Below, one piece after another: positions 14,652 through 26,085 of a DNA stretch of 64,000 bases. Every line of letters begins with the position of its first letter. The stretch's first letter is position 1. The position numbers were made by a program, and so were the translations under genes. This stretch comes from Podarcis erhardii (lineage: Eukaryota): assembly GCA_964252035.1 (NCBI GenBank), contig OZ176200.1. One strand, written 5' to 3'. Below the pieces are notes generated by a model that made no database searches, had not been told where the DNA came from, and saw only the letters and a program-made list of their open reading frames with translations.

Positions 14652-15514
14652 AGTAACAGCTGTTGGGAACTTCAAGGTACCTGCTCTCCCTTCTTATGGT
14701 CTTTGTACTGGACCTGGAGATTCCAATAGAGAGCATTCCATGTCAAGAAGGAGGGCAAGTGGGCACCCTATCAAATGACAGCGCAGGAGCTACCTTTTCA
14801 CTGTTGGTGCCCATTGTATGCCTCGTTATTCCCAGACCTGTTCTCTTTTGGGCTGTATTTTAAAGCTTTATAATTTAGGAAGGCTTTGTAAGAACTGGTT
14901 GACAAGTCTTATCAGTCGCTGACGTATGAGTGGATTTTCTTTGCTGCTATTCTGGGCTTCTGGTGCACCAGGGTTTACACCAGTGTAATAGAGTTAGCCA
15001 GGATGCCAGAAGGGATACAATTTGCGAGCTTTCTCCATTATCTGCACAGCAGGGGGTGTTCAGTCAACAGGTCAAAGGCAGAGCTGAAGGGTTCCCTGCT
15101 GGTTACCTGCTTTCAGCAATAGGGGTCGCTGTTTGCTAGTACCCAATTGGTTAGCTGTCAGATTCTAGAGTTCCCTATTGGTGGCTCTTAGGTAATTCAC
15201 AAAATACAGACTCCATTCATAAAACACAGTGTTCATTCCTAAAGCAGTAACATAAATCTCCATTGCTACATATTGGGTGTATATTTCAGCAGTTGAACGT
15301 ACAGGTTTATGGCCATGCTGTAGTGTAGTGCTTATGTGACTGTGAATAAAAGGTGGCTGGGTTCATTGTCTCAGGGGTTTTTTTGGGGGGGAGGGAGGTG
15401 ACAAAACTGATTTCCTTTATTTCCATAACAAGTCCTTGAGTCTGTACTCTAAATAGTGACACCAGGGACCTAGAAGGTGCAGGGCTTGTCAGTCCAACCC
15501 CTGCACAGTCTCAT

Positions 15515-15870
15515 CAGGACTGACCTTAAGGCAATTGGAGAAATTTGGCCAAATTGGGCCCTGCGTGTTGCTCCTAAGTGAGCCCCCGCACCAGGGCAAT
15601 CTAGATGGAGTCTCATAGTTGTTGGGCCAGAGTAGCCCTACCCTTGCATGAAGTCTTGGGTTTGCAATTTTGGGAGAGGGGAGGTTGCCTGCTGGGGAGC
15701 AGGTGGGCTGGCAAGGCCCCCTAGATTTAGAGGCCCGAGTTGCCCTGCCCTCGCATGAAGTCTTGGGTTTCTAGTTTTGGAAGAGGGGAGACTGCCTGCT
15801 GGGGAGCAGGTGGGCTGGCGAGGCCCTCTAGATTTAGAGGCCCTAGGCTTCAGCCTACTTAGCCTATACA
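15515..15870. mobile_element. GC-rich hAT-like non-autonomous element with an internal 107-bp tandem duplication
   Basis: Left end caggactgaccttaagg. Repeat units are 15630-15736 and 15737-15843. No right TIR or TSD was found. Confidence 0.55.
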
Positions 15871-18744
15871 GTGCTGCCAATTTACGTGGCTTCAAAAGAG
15901 TATTGGATTGATTAATGTAGCATAAGATTATCAATGGGTACCAATCATAATCAAGTGATATGCTCTCTCCAGGCTCAGAGCAAGGCATGTGCCTCTAGAT
16001 TGCAGTTGCTGGGAAACAACCCAGGGAAAGAGTTATATTGCCCTTGTATTCTGTTTGTGACATCTGGTTGGACACTATTAAAAGCAGAATGCTGGACTAC
16101 AGATGGACCCTTTTTAATCTCATTATGCTGCAGGAGGTAATGAGAAAACCCTCAAAGTTGCATGAACAGCTATAAAGAATTCTCTTTTAGACACCCAGCT
16201 TTTAGTGACAACAATGGCAGCTTGCTTCCTCAGCCCAATCTTAAATTTAAGGAATTGTTATATTATTATAACAATTGTTATATTATTATATTGTTAAAGT
16301 GGAAAACTTGTTAATGAATATTAGATTTCATTTTTCTTATTGTTGCTGGTAACCCTGTGATCATTGGATGGAAGCATGTTTTTAACAGTAATTGCTTTGA
16401 AAATGTTTTGAACTGAAACTGCTTTTAGATACTTTTAATTCTAATTGTTTTCAAAATGTTTCAACTGTTTTAGAATGTACTTGTTTTAAGTTGTTTATCT
16501 GTTTGCTGCCCTAGGCTCCTTGGGGAGGAAGGATGGGGTATAAATTCAATAAATTGAAAGAGAGGAGGGAGCTGGCTTTTTCCAGCACTGTCCCCACATA
16601 ACTAGCTTCGCTTACATGTTTGGCATTCCTATTTTGCCCCCTAGACCTGCTTCTTACAAACATACCAACACCTATTTCCAAAAGAGATGGGGAAATGGGG
16701 AGGGGAATAATGTGATATGTGCCTTGTAAACTGTCTGAATGAAAACCAACAGAAAAGAAACAAGAAAAACTATGAAAAGGTGTGTCAGTAGGGGTGCTCT
16801 TTTGGTGTTGCAGTGATGACTTTTTCTGTATTTCATATTATATTAGTACTTGTTTCAGCATGTCTAATGTGGTGGTAGTGTCCACATTATTGTTTAGGAT
16901 AAGGCTGTGTGCCTCTGAATATCGCTTGCTGGGAACTGCAGGTGCTGAGAGTGCTGCTGCCCTCAGGTTGTGGGCTTCCATTTGGGGTACCTGGATGGGC
17001 ACAGTAAAGGAAGGCTGCTGGACTAGATGAGTGTTTGACTTGATCCAGTGGGACACTTCTTATGTTCTTATTAAACCCCATTTAAACAGAGAGAGTACTT
17101 TTTAAAGTGGTAGCCCAGAAAGTAAGAATGACACAGAGCAGATGATATATACCAATTCCTTCAGACCATTTTTCCTGTAGTCTAGAACATAGGGGCAGCA
17201 GAGCATTCTGCCACTCTACAAGTGTACTGTATGAAGTGGTTTTATCGTAACGATCAGTATTTTATTCACTTTCAGAAATGACAGGGAGTTCCCAACAGAG
17301 CACGGTTCAGTTCTTTTCTTCTTGAGAGGTTTGTTTTCTTGTGTGATCTGACAAGAAGCAGTCAAGAGAAGCCAAGAAATCCTCTTCAAAGCCTTATTTT
17401 CTGTATGTAATGCTTGAAATAAATACAGTAATTGATTTGCTCAGCCTCACATCACAGAACTGGAAGAATTTTTTAAAGTTATTTTAAAAAGAAAGAAGAA
17501 ATCACCTGGATATGTATTTAGAATTAAAGAATGTGTGTTCTCACAATGGTAGAATGGGAAAATACAACACACTGTCTAGCCACTAGGACTGGGCATCATT
17601 TACTGAGCACCAAAGTCGCAAACCCCAAGGCCCTCTCAACCACTCAACACACAGATATCATGAACAAACAAACAAAGCAAACAAACAAACAAAGAAAGAA
17701 AGAAACACTCAGCAACTTTTCTACTGGCCTTTTCCTTCCTCAATTGAGGGCTTTGGTGCCATCCTGCCCAAGTGCAGGGCAGGGTTCTTGCTTATCTATG
17801 ATAAGATCCAACTAAGTACCCCACCCAATCAACTTCCTCATGCTACAATGTACGTCCTTGGAGAGTACCTTGCTTTTCAAACTTGAAAAACCAAGAGCAA
17901 TTGACTGTTCAGAACTGTAACTTGTTCTGTTATTTGCATTCCCATTTTCAAAAATTCTAGCACAAAACTCAACCACAGTTTCACTGAGATTAAAGGGTAT
18001 CATCAACATTACATGGAAAATGCTTCAGCAATAGCTGGAGCTTTTAGTGCTTAGTATGATAAATACAGCTCATGAAGGCACACCACTGGCACACATAAAA
18101 CCCACAACAGTCTCAGTTTAAATTGTGAGCAGAGGAAGAATTTAGGGAAATGGAGCTCTCCATGAAATACACCCATGCCTTATGAACAGGATGGAAAAAA
18201 ACTCAAACAGCTGTTATTTTAGAACTTCAGTGGCATCACCGCAATCTTAGCGACTGCTCTTCAGCTCAGAAAAGCTTTGCTATTTTTTCAATATGATTCA
18301 GTAAATCCTAAGGGAGGAATTCAATGCTGCATTAAATTAAAGTCCTTTAGTGCTATACTAGTTGTGCTAGGGAATGATTTTCACTAACAAAATTCTCACA
18401 CTAGTGCCCCAGCCCCAGCCCCAGTACTAACAGTCAGAGAATATTGAATCTGGGCTTAAGTCTCTTTCAATTGTAACAGAAGACCTATCTGTTTAGGATA
18501 TATTTATGGACCAGTTTTCTGTTGGGAGATATATAATGTATCTTTAAATGTATATTATTTGATTTTCTTATTATGTTTACGTATTTAAATTAAATTTTAG
18601 ACCATGTTTCCATGAGCCTGTAGCTACTCTCATCCCATGCCTCTTATTCCCAGTTCATGTCAGGGATCAGCCCTAAAATAACCTAGTGAAAGGGTGGCAG
18701 GAGTCAACCATACTGAATTTACAAGCTAGCCCAGACCCAGTGTT

Positions 18745-19085
18745 CATCGTCCAAGGTCCTCCTCTGAGGGAGATCCAAAGGGTGTCAGCATGAGGACAGG
18801 CCTTTTCAATAGTGGCTTCCTACTTATAAAATGCTCCCCCCCCCCCCGGGAGACATGCCAGGAGCTATCACTGGCTACTTTTAGGCACCAGGCAAAAACA
18901 TTTCCATTCAACTGGGCTTTAGGCCTTTAGAAACTGTGGCCTCTCTTGGTGAGTGGGATTTTTTTATGCACTAATATTTTAAGCTTTTATTGTTTTAGAT
19001 TTATATCAGTTTTAATTTTAGTATTATATTGTAAATTACTTTGAGTTTACATTTCATTCAAAAAGTGACTAATAAGTCCAAATAA
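18745..19085 (+). mobile_element. L2 3' end remnant
   Basis: aggccttttcaatagtggcttcctacttataaaatgctccc...tttaggcaccaggcaaaaaca resembles the L2 AFSVxxPxLWNxLP / FRRxxKT terminus, with a T-rich 3'UTR and ttgtaaattactttgag tail. Confidence 0.6.
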
Positions 19086-20079
19086 CAACTACAACTGCAA
19101 CTACAACTACAACTCAATGCATTGTTAACTCTGATGAAATTCTCATAATTTTTGGGAAGCAGTTTGCAGTGTTGCACTTCAATCTGCTGTTCTGAAATCA
19201 AATACAGAATGCAATTAAGTGCCCATTCAATCTCACTCATGGTCACATGAGAACTGCTTCAGAATGTTGCTATTCCACATAGCTGCAGAGCTGTATGAAT
19301 ATTGCAACCACATAGGTGAAGCAAGTTGAGTGGGAAAGACCCACCTGGTTGGTTCCAGCCATGAGGCTCGGTATGCACTTAAATACCGCAGCTGCATGAT
19401 GCAAGAACACTGTGAAGCAGATACCATGCAGCTGGATGAATGTGCAGAAATTCTTAATTTTGCCATCTAGATCAGGGTAGCCATGCAGAAATTGTGTACT
19501 ACAGCTCCCATCAACCCAGACCATTGGCTACACAAGCTGTGGCTGATGGGAATTGTAGTCCAATATGTGTAGTACCTCTATTCCTGATCATGCTTTTACA
19601 GCACAATCTTCTCAAAAGTAAAACCCATTGAGTCCAGCAGGTATTACTCCCAGCTAAGTGGGTGTATAATTGCAGCTTTGGCTTTGTTTTATACTGTACA
19701 TTTAAATAAATGGCAAGGGGAGAAGGTTGCTTAACCTGCTTTCCATTTTTCTATAACAAGCTGCATGCAAGAGCAGCCACTTTTAAATTTCCTCAAGTGA
19801 AAATGAAAGCAAACTTTCCAGCATGATGGATAGCAGATGACTGAAATCATTCTAGCCTCTCTGTAGCAATGAGTTTTAAAACCCTTGGGAACAAACTGAG
19901 AAGTATTGTCTTTAGAGGAACAAGATTGCTTCTTCAGAATGAAATGACAAGACAGCAAACACACTTAGAGACCCAAGTAGGAAAGCTAAATTTCAAGTTT
20001 GAATTACTTTCTAAAGCAGGACATTATACACAGCTATCAAACAGGGCCCATGGTTTCCATTGTGCTCATAGGCCTTTCA

Positions 20080-20131
20080 CTCTGTAATTATGTTTAAAGT
20101 TTCTTCTCTGTAATTATGTTTAAAATTTCAT
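20080..20131. repeat. 26-bp tandem duplication
   Basis: ctctgtaattatgtttaaagtttctt / ctctgtaattatgtttaaaatttcat (24/26). Confidence 0.9.
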
Positions 20132-20229
20132 CTCCAAAGAAGTTGCATGGTCGTAAGTAACTACAGCAGATAGGGCAATAAATAAGACCAGTACCTGAGC
20201 TTATGGGAATCTTAGATGAAGTCTAGCTC

Positions 20230-20455
20230 TGTATGGCTACTAGGAAGATGAGGTTATTGATGGCTCTGCCTACATTGCTAAAGGCAGTAATGCTTCTGAA
20301 TACCAGTTGCTGGAAGCCATAGGAGGGGAGAGTGCTCTTGTGCTCAGAACCTGCTTGTGGGCTTTTCCACAGGCATCTGGATGGCCACTGTGAGAACAGG
20401 ATGCTGACTAGATGATCCTTTGGTCCAACCCAGCCGGCTCATCTTGTGTTCTAAC
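20230..20455 (+). mobile_element. CR1-type LINE 3' end; related tails at 16030-16130, 16920-17072, 29230-29345, 41000-41072 (+) and 5408-5520, 15465-15510 (-)
   Basis: Recurrent ggccactgtgagaacaggatgctggactagatgggcc...gatccagcagg..cttcttatgttctta tail. The CR1 assignment rests on recalled lizard consensus ends and was not verified. Confidence 0.55.
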
Positions 20456-20799
20456 AATCTGTGCATCCTTAGCTTCATCACTTGCATACTCTGGTGCTCT
20501 CTGCTTCCTACCTGCTTGCTGCATTACTCTGACATCTGTATCCCAGATCACTGAGACTGCCACATAATATTCAGGGTTCTTTACAGATATTGCTACCTCC
20601 CTCCCCACCACCAATAAAGATTTAATCCTTTCGTTATAAGGATTTTAACCTCCTAATCATTTTCTGCTGCAATCCTATACCCATTTACATGGGATTAAGT
20701 CTGGCTGAAATTAACAGGGCTTACTTCTGTGTAGAGATGCACAGGATTGGACAGTTAGTCTTTCTCTTCTGTGACATCTTGGGATATAGGGAAAGCTCC

Positions 20800-20978
20800 T
20801 CATGCAGACTTTTGGTCCAACAGTATTGTCCAGCTCAATATTGCCTATACTGATTGGCAGGAGTTCTTCTGGACTCCAGACAATAGCTTTACTCAGCCTT
20901 ACCTTGCGATGTTGGAGATGGAACCTGGGACCTTTTGCATGCAACACAGAAGCTCTACCACTGAGCTTCAGCCCTTCC
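20800..20978 (-). mobile_element. tRNA-headed SINE (second family)
   Basis: The minus strand reads ggaagggctgaagctcagtggtagagc...gcaaaaggtcccaggttccatctcc (A and B boxes), followed by a SINE body. It is not a full tRNA cloverleaf. Confidence 0.7.
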
Positions 20979-21013
20979 TCTTTTGCATTTTTCAGGAACT
21001 TCAGCGTATATTT

Positions 21014-21037
21014 ACACACACACACACACACACACAC
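21014..21037. repeat. (AC)12 microsatellite
   Basis: direct reading. Confidence 0.9.
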
Positions 21038-21639
21038 GAACAACTAGAATTAAAACCAATTTTCTAAAATGTAGAGAGAGTAGAGACTTGGGTAATAGCA
21101 TTTGACATTTTGTTTCTAATTCCTTTTCCTATTCATTCTTAACACTCTGTTTGCTCTGCTGATTGTACCAGATAAAAAATGTATCTCTTCCTGATCCAGC
21201 CCACCCACATGGAACAAAGAGCACCTGCCCTTTGCAGTCACTAATGATTCTTGCACCAGTTCTGACATTGCTAAACATCCGTGCAAAGCCATAACTCTTC
21301 AGTACACACCACACATTGGCGCAGATCATGTGACTGATTTTCCATATTCTGTTCAATAGATCAGCTATGCAAAATCAGTCTGCACACCTTGGGTTGTGGC
21401 CAACTAAATCACTGTGCGTGCATAATGGCTTCTATGAGTACAGACGCTCCAAGTGTGAGTTAGCCCCCATTGAATCAATGCAACTGTAGCCATATTCATG
21501 TATTATAAGCCTTACTTATTAGCAGAGAGCAGTCCCTGCCCTGCAACCAACACCCTAGTGCTAAATAATGTGCACACATGCACACACAGTGTCCCACAGG
21601 TACAGTGTGAATGCTTGCATTTTAGTGTATTTTTGGTCT

Positions 21640-21710
21640 TTGTTGGAAGCCGCCCAGAGTGGCTGGGGAAATCCAGGCAGATGGGTGGGGTACAAATCTA
21701 TTATTATTGT
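21640..21710 (+). mobile_element. Short LINE/SINE 3' tail (gccgcccagagtggctgggg...gatgggtggggta...); related copies at 59422-59500 (+), 56560-56600 (-), 135-200 (-) and 16500-16555 (+)
   Basis: The same about 60-bp tail recurs, ending in TTA/TAAA microsatellites. Confidence 0.65.
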
Positions 21711-21744
21711 TTGTTTGTTTGTTTGTTTGTTTGTTTGTTTGTTT
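21707..21744. repeat. (TTTG)n microsatellite
   Basis: direct reading. Confidence 0.9.
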
Positions 21745-22110
21745 ACTGCATTGTGAGAACTGCCAGGCATCCAACTGAATAGGACTTCAGAATCAACCTA
21801 TCAGGCCTATCAAGCAAATATGATGCAATTCTGTGTGGTTTTTTTTTTAAAAAAGGAACTACAAAGTTATGGATTTCTAGTCTGGCCCTTAGTAATTTAT
21901 TATAAGGGAACGAACAGACATTTTTAATTCACTCAGAAACAGTTATTTGGCAGAATGATTTGAAATGTAGCAATTTCTGTTTACAGAAAGACTTCTGTCA
22001 AGACTTCTTAATTGAATAAATACATCAACAATGCATTTATACATTCACTTCCCCAGCTGGCATCAGTTTCTAGCTGTCTGGAGTATATTTTCAATCTTTT
22101 TTTCTCCCAG

Positions 22111-22196
22111 GCATGCCTGTGGAACTTAACAAGGTCGACAACGTATATTTATTCACTGTGTAGAAAGCGTGAGACTCATTCCGATGACGGGAAATT
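22111..22196 (+). other. Candidate 86-nt exon of an unidentified plus-strand transcript
   Basis: tcaatctttttttctcccag / GCATG...GAAATT / gtaagt. Five CpGs occur in about 60 nt in a CpG-poor background. One frame is open (ACLWNLTRSTTYIYSLCRKRETHSDDGK). Confidence 0.4.
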
Positions 22197-22795
22197 GTAA
22201 GTTTTCTGAGAGAGATGCTATTCAGAAATGATTAATGAATGCATAATACATACATAAAACCTATTATCCTGCAAGGCTTTTAAATCCTGCTTTTAAACTA
22301 GTGTATGAAGGGAATGAGTAGTAGGGTATTTTTAGAGGGGTCTTCTTACAGTTCCCATTCCGTTTAAAAGTTTACTAGTTTTATGGAGTGATCTGTGAGT
22401 CTTACTCAACATAGACCCACAGAGACCAATGAAGTTAAATTAATCATGACTGACTTTAAATCCATTTACTCCAGTGTGTCTGCTGCTCTGAGTGCCACTT
22501 AGTTAGATACTATAAATGGTCATCACCAGAGAGGTAGTGGCAGAGACAGCAGGGATACTACTGGAATTTTTTCAAAGTTGTGGCTCACAAATACATTTGC
22601 AAGAAATAAGACTTGCTGTGTAAAATCATACTCCGTGTTCTTGTTTTTCTTCAAAAGTAATTCTCTGGCCCATTGAGAAAGAAAGTTATGAAATATAATG
22701 TGCAGCTACCCATCTAATTAATTTCTGTTAAATGATCCAGCCTGACTACTCCTGACTGACAGTGTATTTATCCAATGAATTAAGCCAGAGCTGTT

Positions 22796-22801
<6 letters not shown>

Positions 22802-22826
<25 letters not shown>
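22802..22826. repeat. (AT)n microsatellite
   Basis: direct reading. Confidence 0.9.
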
Positions 22827-23569
22827 GATAGATTTTCTTGGTTTACAAAAGTATCTGCACTGTCTCTTTTCTCAGGTTGTAAAGTCTTTTCTATATACCA
22901 GTTACAGTACATGTGATGTGAGACATTAGTGTTGTATACAGAATAAGGTTGAGGAAGGGGAAAGAGGGAGGATGGGGGGAGAGCTGTGGTTGATAAGTAA
23001 ATTGTTTGGACAATAGGCAATAAGAATCCCTGGGATTCTAGCAGAACAGGATTTATAATAGTGCATTGGAGTAAGTGCACCAAGCCCCATGCTAGCAGGG
23101 ATCTTGGACTCTGAACTTTCATTTAGAAATAAAAAAAAAAAACCAAGTCTATAGCTCTTCTAGAAGGTAAGTTCTGAAGCCTATAATGTGCAGGCAACCT
23201 TCGAAACCAGAAGTTGCCAACTGACGCAAACAGAGAGATGATTATAATGCTTCTTCTGGCTCTGCAGTACAGACCATTGGTTGGGGTGGGGAAATTGCTT
23301 AGGGTGGGTTGTTGCTGTTATTTATATTAATTTTTTGTGCTTTTATTTTCAATTCTCTTATGATTTATGTGGGAATTGTTCAATTTGCTTGTGTACTTTT
23401 TGATGTTTTTATTGTTTATGACTTTTACTATGTTTGTAATGATGTAATTTTTATGTGTTGTAAGCCACCTTGAGCATGGTTTTAATTTTGGAAAAAGGTG
23501 GCATTCAAATAAAATGATTGATTGATTGGTGTTGGAAGGGCCCATCCACTTCCAACTGAATTTGGCTAT

Positions 23570-24270
23570 GACTTAAGTCCTCCCCTTCTTTCTGAAAGAA
23601 AGTATTTGCCTGGGCTGTTGCTTTTGAGAAGAGAAGGCAAAGGAGCGGAGAGGCAGAAGAGCTGCCACTGCTTTGGGGTTTTGAAGGATGTTGTGGCTGA
23701 GGAAGTGCTGAGACTGCTCCATCTCCTCTGCTTTGGCTGACCAAGGACTTTTTGAAAAGGGGGCAGAGCTAAGAAGTGCCTTCCCTTCCACAACTGCCCA
23801 TGGGAAGCCTTTTGAAAAGTGGGAGGAGAAATTATTTCTTGTCCACAGACTTTAAAAGGGGAGGAGAAGCACAAGGGGTTGTTTGCCTCCTCTTTGCTTT
23901 GCTGTGTGCTAGACTTGTGGAGCAAGCAGAAGGCAGCTGCTCTGGTAATGGAAGAGTCCTTTGAAAGTATGTGGGTGCACTGGTGGAGGGAGAAGCATAG
24001 GATCCATCCATTTGCTGCTCTATGTCTTTTGTTTTGCAGCCTGCCAGACACATAGGGTAGCAGGCAGGCAGCTACTTTAAAAAAAAGTGAGGGGGATAAT
24101 AATAGTAATCACACATCAGTCATTTTCTACCAGTCATCCACATGGCTGGCAGCTGCATGAGGGACTTTTTTTAAATGCAGGGGAGGAGGGCTTGGAGGGA
24201 GAAACATGGGACTCATTGCCTTGCTGCTGTGTTTGTTTTGCTGCCTGCTGGCACTTGGAGCAGGCAGCTG
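23570..24270. repeat. Cryptic degenerate repeat array (three diverged about 80-90-bp cores plus partial units carrying TTTGAAA-like motifs)
   Basis: Cores 23858-23940, 23984-24073 and 24193-24270 share ggagggagaa(g/a)ca...ttgctgct...ttgttttgc(a/t)gcctgc...gcaggcagct. Confidence 0.65.
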
Positions 24271-24397
24271 GCATGAGAAGGATCTCAGTTGAATTTAAGG
24301 GGAGGATATGGCAACTCTTGTTTCTGCTGCATGTCATACAGCAGAGATTGTTCCAAAGCTGTTTGGGGGGGAGTGCAGTCCAGTGCAGAAGTGGCAG

Positions 24398-24440
24398 CAT
24401 CGTCGTCATCGTCATCATCATCATCATCATCATCATCATC
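24398..24440. repeat. (CAT/CGT)n trinucleotide repeat
   Basis: direct reading; explains the poly-M, poly-H, poly-S and poly-I ORFs in the track. Confidence 0.95.
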
Positions 24441-25847
24441 TCCTCTTTTCTTGTTCCCCAATTGCTTTTGGTGGGGTGAGGGCGCAGTGCTGAGGTGTTA
24501 CATTATTATTATTGCACCAGGGGCCATAGAGTGGTGTATCATCCTGTTGTTTTTTGCTATTTATCATTTGTTTACAGATCCATCACTTCTCATAGTGGTG
24601 CCGGTCATGCTTTTGTCATATTCAGAGTACATGTCCAGACAGATGACAGGATTATCTTGTGCTCCATGTATCCAAAAACAAGAGACCAATATATTCTGCC
24701 CAGCAGACAAAGATAACCGACTCTACGTGAGAATGTGAAAAATGTTGCACTGCATAGCACATTTTTCATCCCACCTGCAGACTAATTACAATGAATTTGC
24801 CCACTTTTGCTGCTATATTATCTATTCAGTTTATAGTAACTGTGAATACATGGTTTAACCACCAGGAGGCACCATGTGTTTTACAGAATAAATCTACTTG
24901 CTTCACTGCTTTGCAATGCTTCCCCAGGTAGTCAGATTTAATAAGAGTGCCATTAGAACACACTTTCAATTTTGTTCCATCCAGAGATTGGGGAGGGGGA
25001 TTAATACACCAAATTGGTTACTAAATTTCTCATTTCTATTAGCACTGAACTATAAACTTAATCTGCCATTCTGCTTAGGCTTCTGGGCTGCTGTGTAGCC
25101 CTGAGCTAAGATCTAAGTCCAGTAGGTAAAAGAACAACAACAAAAAGATTTCTGCTTTAAGCGCTGGATTAAATGACTCCGAAAAGATGAAGGCTGCTGA
25201 TCACTTGTGAAAGACTAAAGAAAATTGTCATAAAATTTTATGCAGATTAATCAAAACGTTGAGGACATTATATGGAAAAGAGAAGGAAAATTATTCAACA
25301 GGAAAGAATTGAAAGGTTTATTATTACAGCTATTACTAATAACGATTTTGAACTTTCGATGCTGATTACGAAGAGCTAAATTGTGTTCGAATCAACCATC
25401 CATGTGTCTGTATGATAATGATTTTCAACCACACTATGCAGTTACCTGTAAAAATAAAAAGAGATTTGCCTGCTTGTTATTTCAATTGCCAGTGACAGAT
25501 GGCAACATTGCAATTTGGTGCTGGCTTACAGATGTAGCCAAACCACTGGCTAGCTGGTTAAGAAACATTGCTAGATCAAGAATGGCAAGAGACTGAGTTT
25601 GTAGAACCCAAACACAGGCCAAACGACACGTTGCACAAAATTTTACATTACATTAAACTTTCATTAAAAAAAACAAGAAAATTGGAGTTCCCAATTTTGA
25701 TCGTGATCATAGCACATGGGCTGCAGATCGGGACAAAAATCCTTCCAATACAGCTAACAGACATAGGAAAAAATGTTTTCACTGATGCCAATGGGAATAT
25801 TTTTAAGCCTTTTAGCTATGTTGCAGGATAACCTTTGTACAGTTCAC

Positions 25848-26085
25848 GTTAATTAATTAATTAATTAAATTTATATTCCATCTTTCCTTCAAAGAGCTCA
25901 AGGTGGTGCACATGGTTCTCACTCTTCCCATCTAATTCTCACAACAATTCTAGGATGTAGGTTAGGCTGTAAGATATAATAACTGACCTAATGCCACCCA
26001 GTGAGCTTCATGGCCAACTTGGGATTTGAACTCAGAGCTCCCAGGTCCTAGTCTGACACTCCAACCACTACAGCACATGGGCTCA
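25848..26085 (-). mobile_element. Same SINE family, minus strand
   Basis: (TTAA)n tail at 25848-25868, the core, and gggatttgaactc...cctagtctgacactccaaccactac as the reverse-complemented head. Confidence 0.78.

Noticed and set aside
14311-14736. 141-aa ORF
   Set aside because: It runs through a (TGCT)n microsatellite and ends in the mariner MITE, with no protein similarity I recognise.
19233-19490. Long plus-strand frame with a single internal TGA (possible selenoprotein or pseudo-exon)
   Set aside because: No splice context, no SECIS-like element and no recognisable family.
20871-20978. tRNA gene
   Set aside because: The A/B boxes are degenerate, there is no complete cloverleaf, and it continues into a SINE body.
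24087-24738. Poly-M, poly-H, poly-S and poly-I ORFs as low-complexity proteins
   Set aside because: All are alternative frames through the same CAT repeat, with no recognisable domain.
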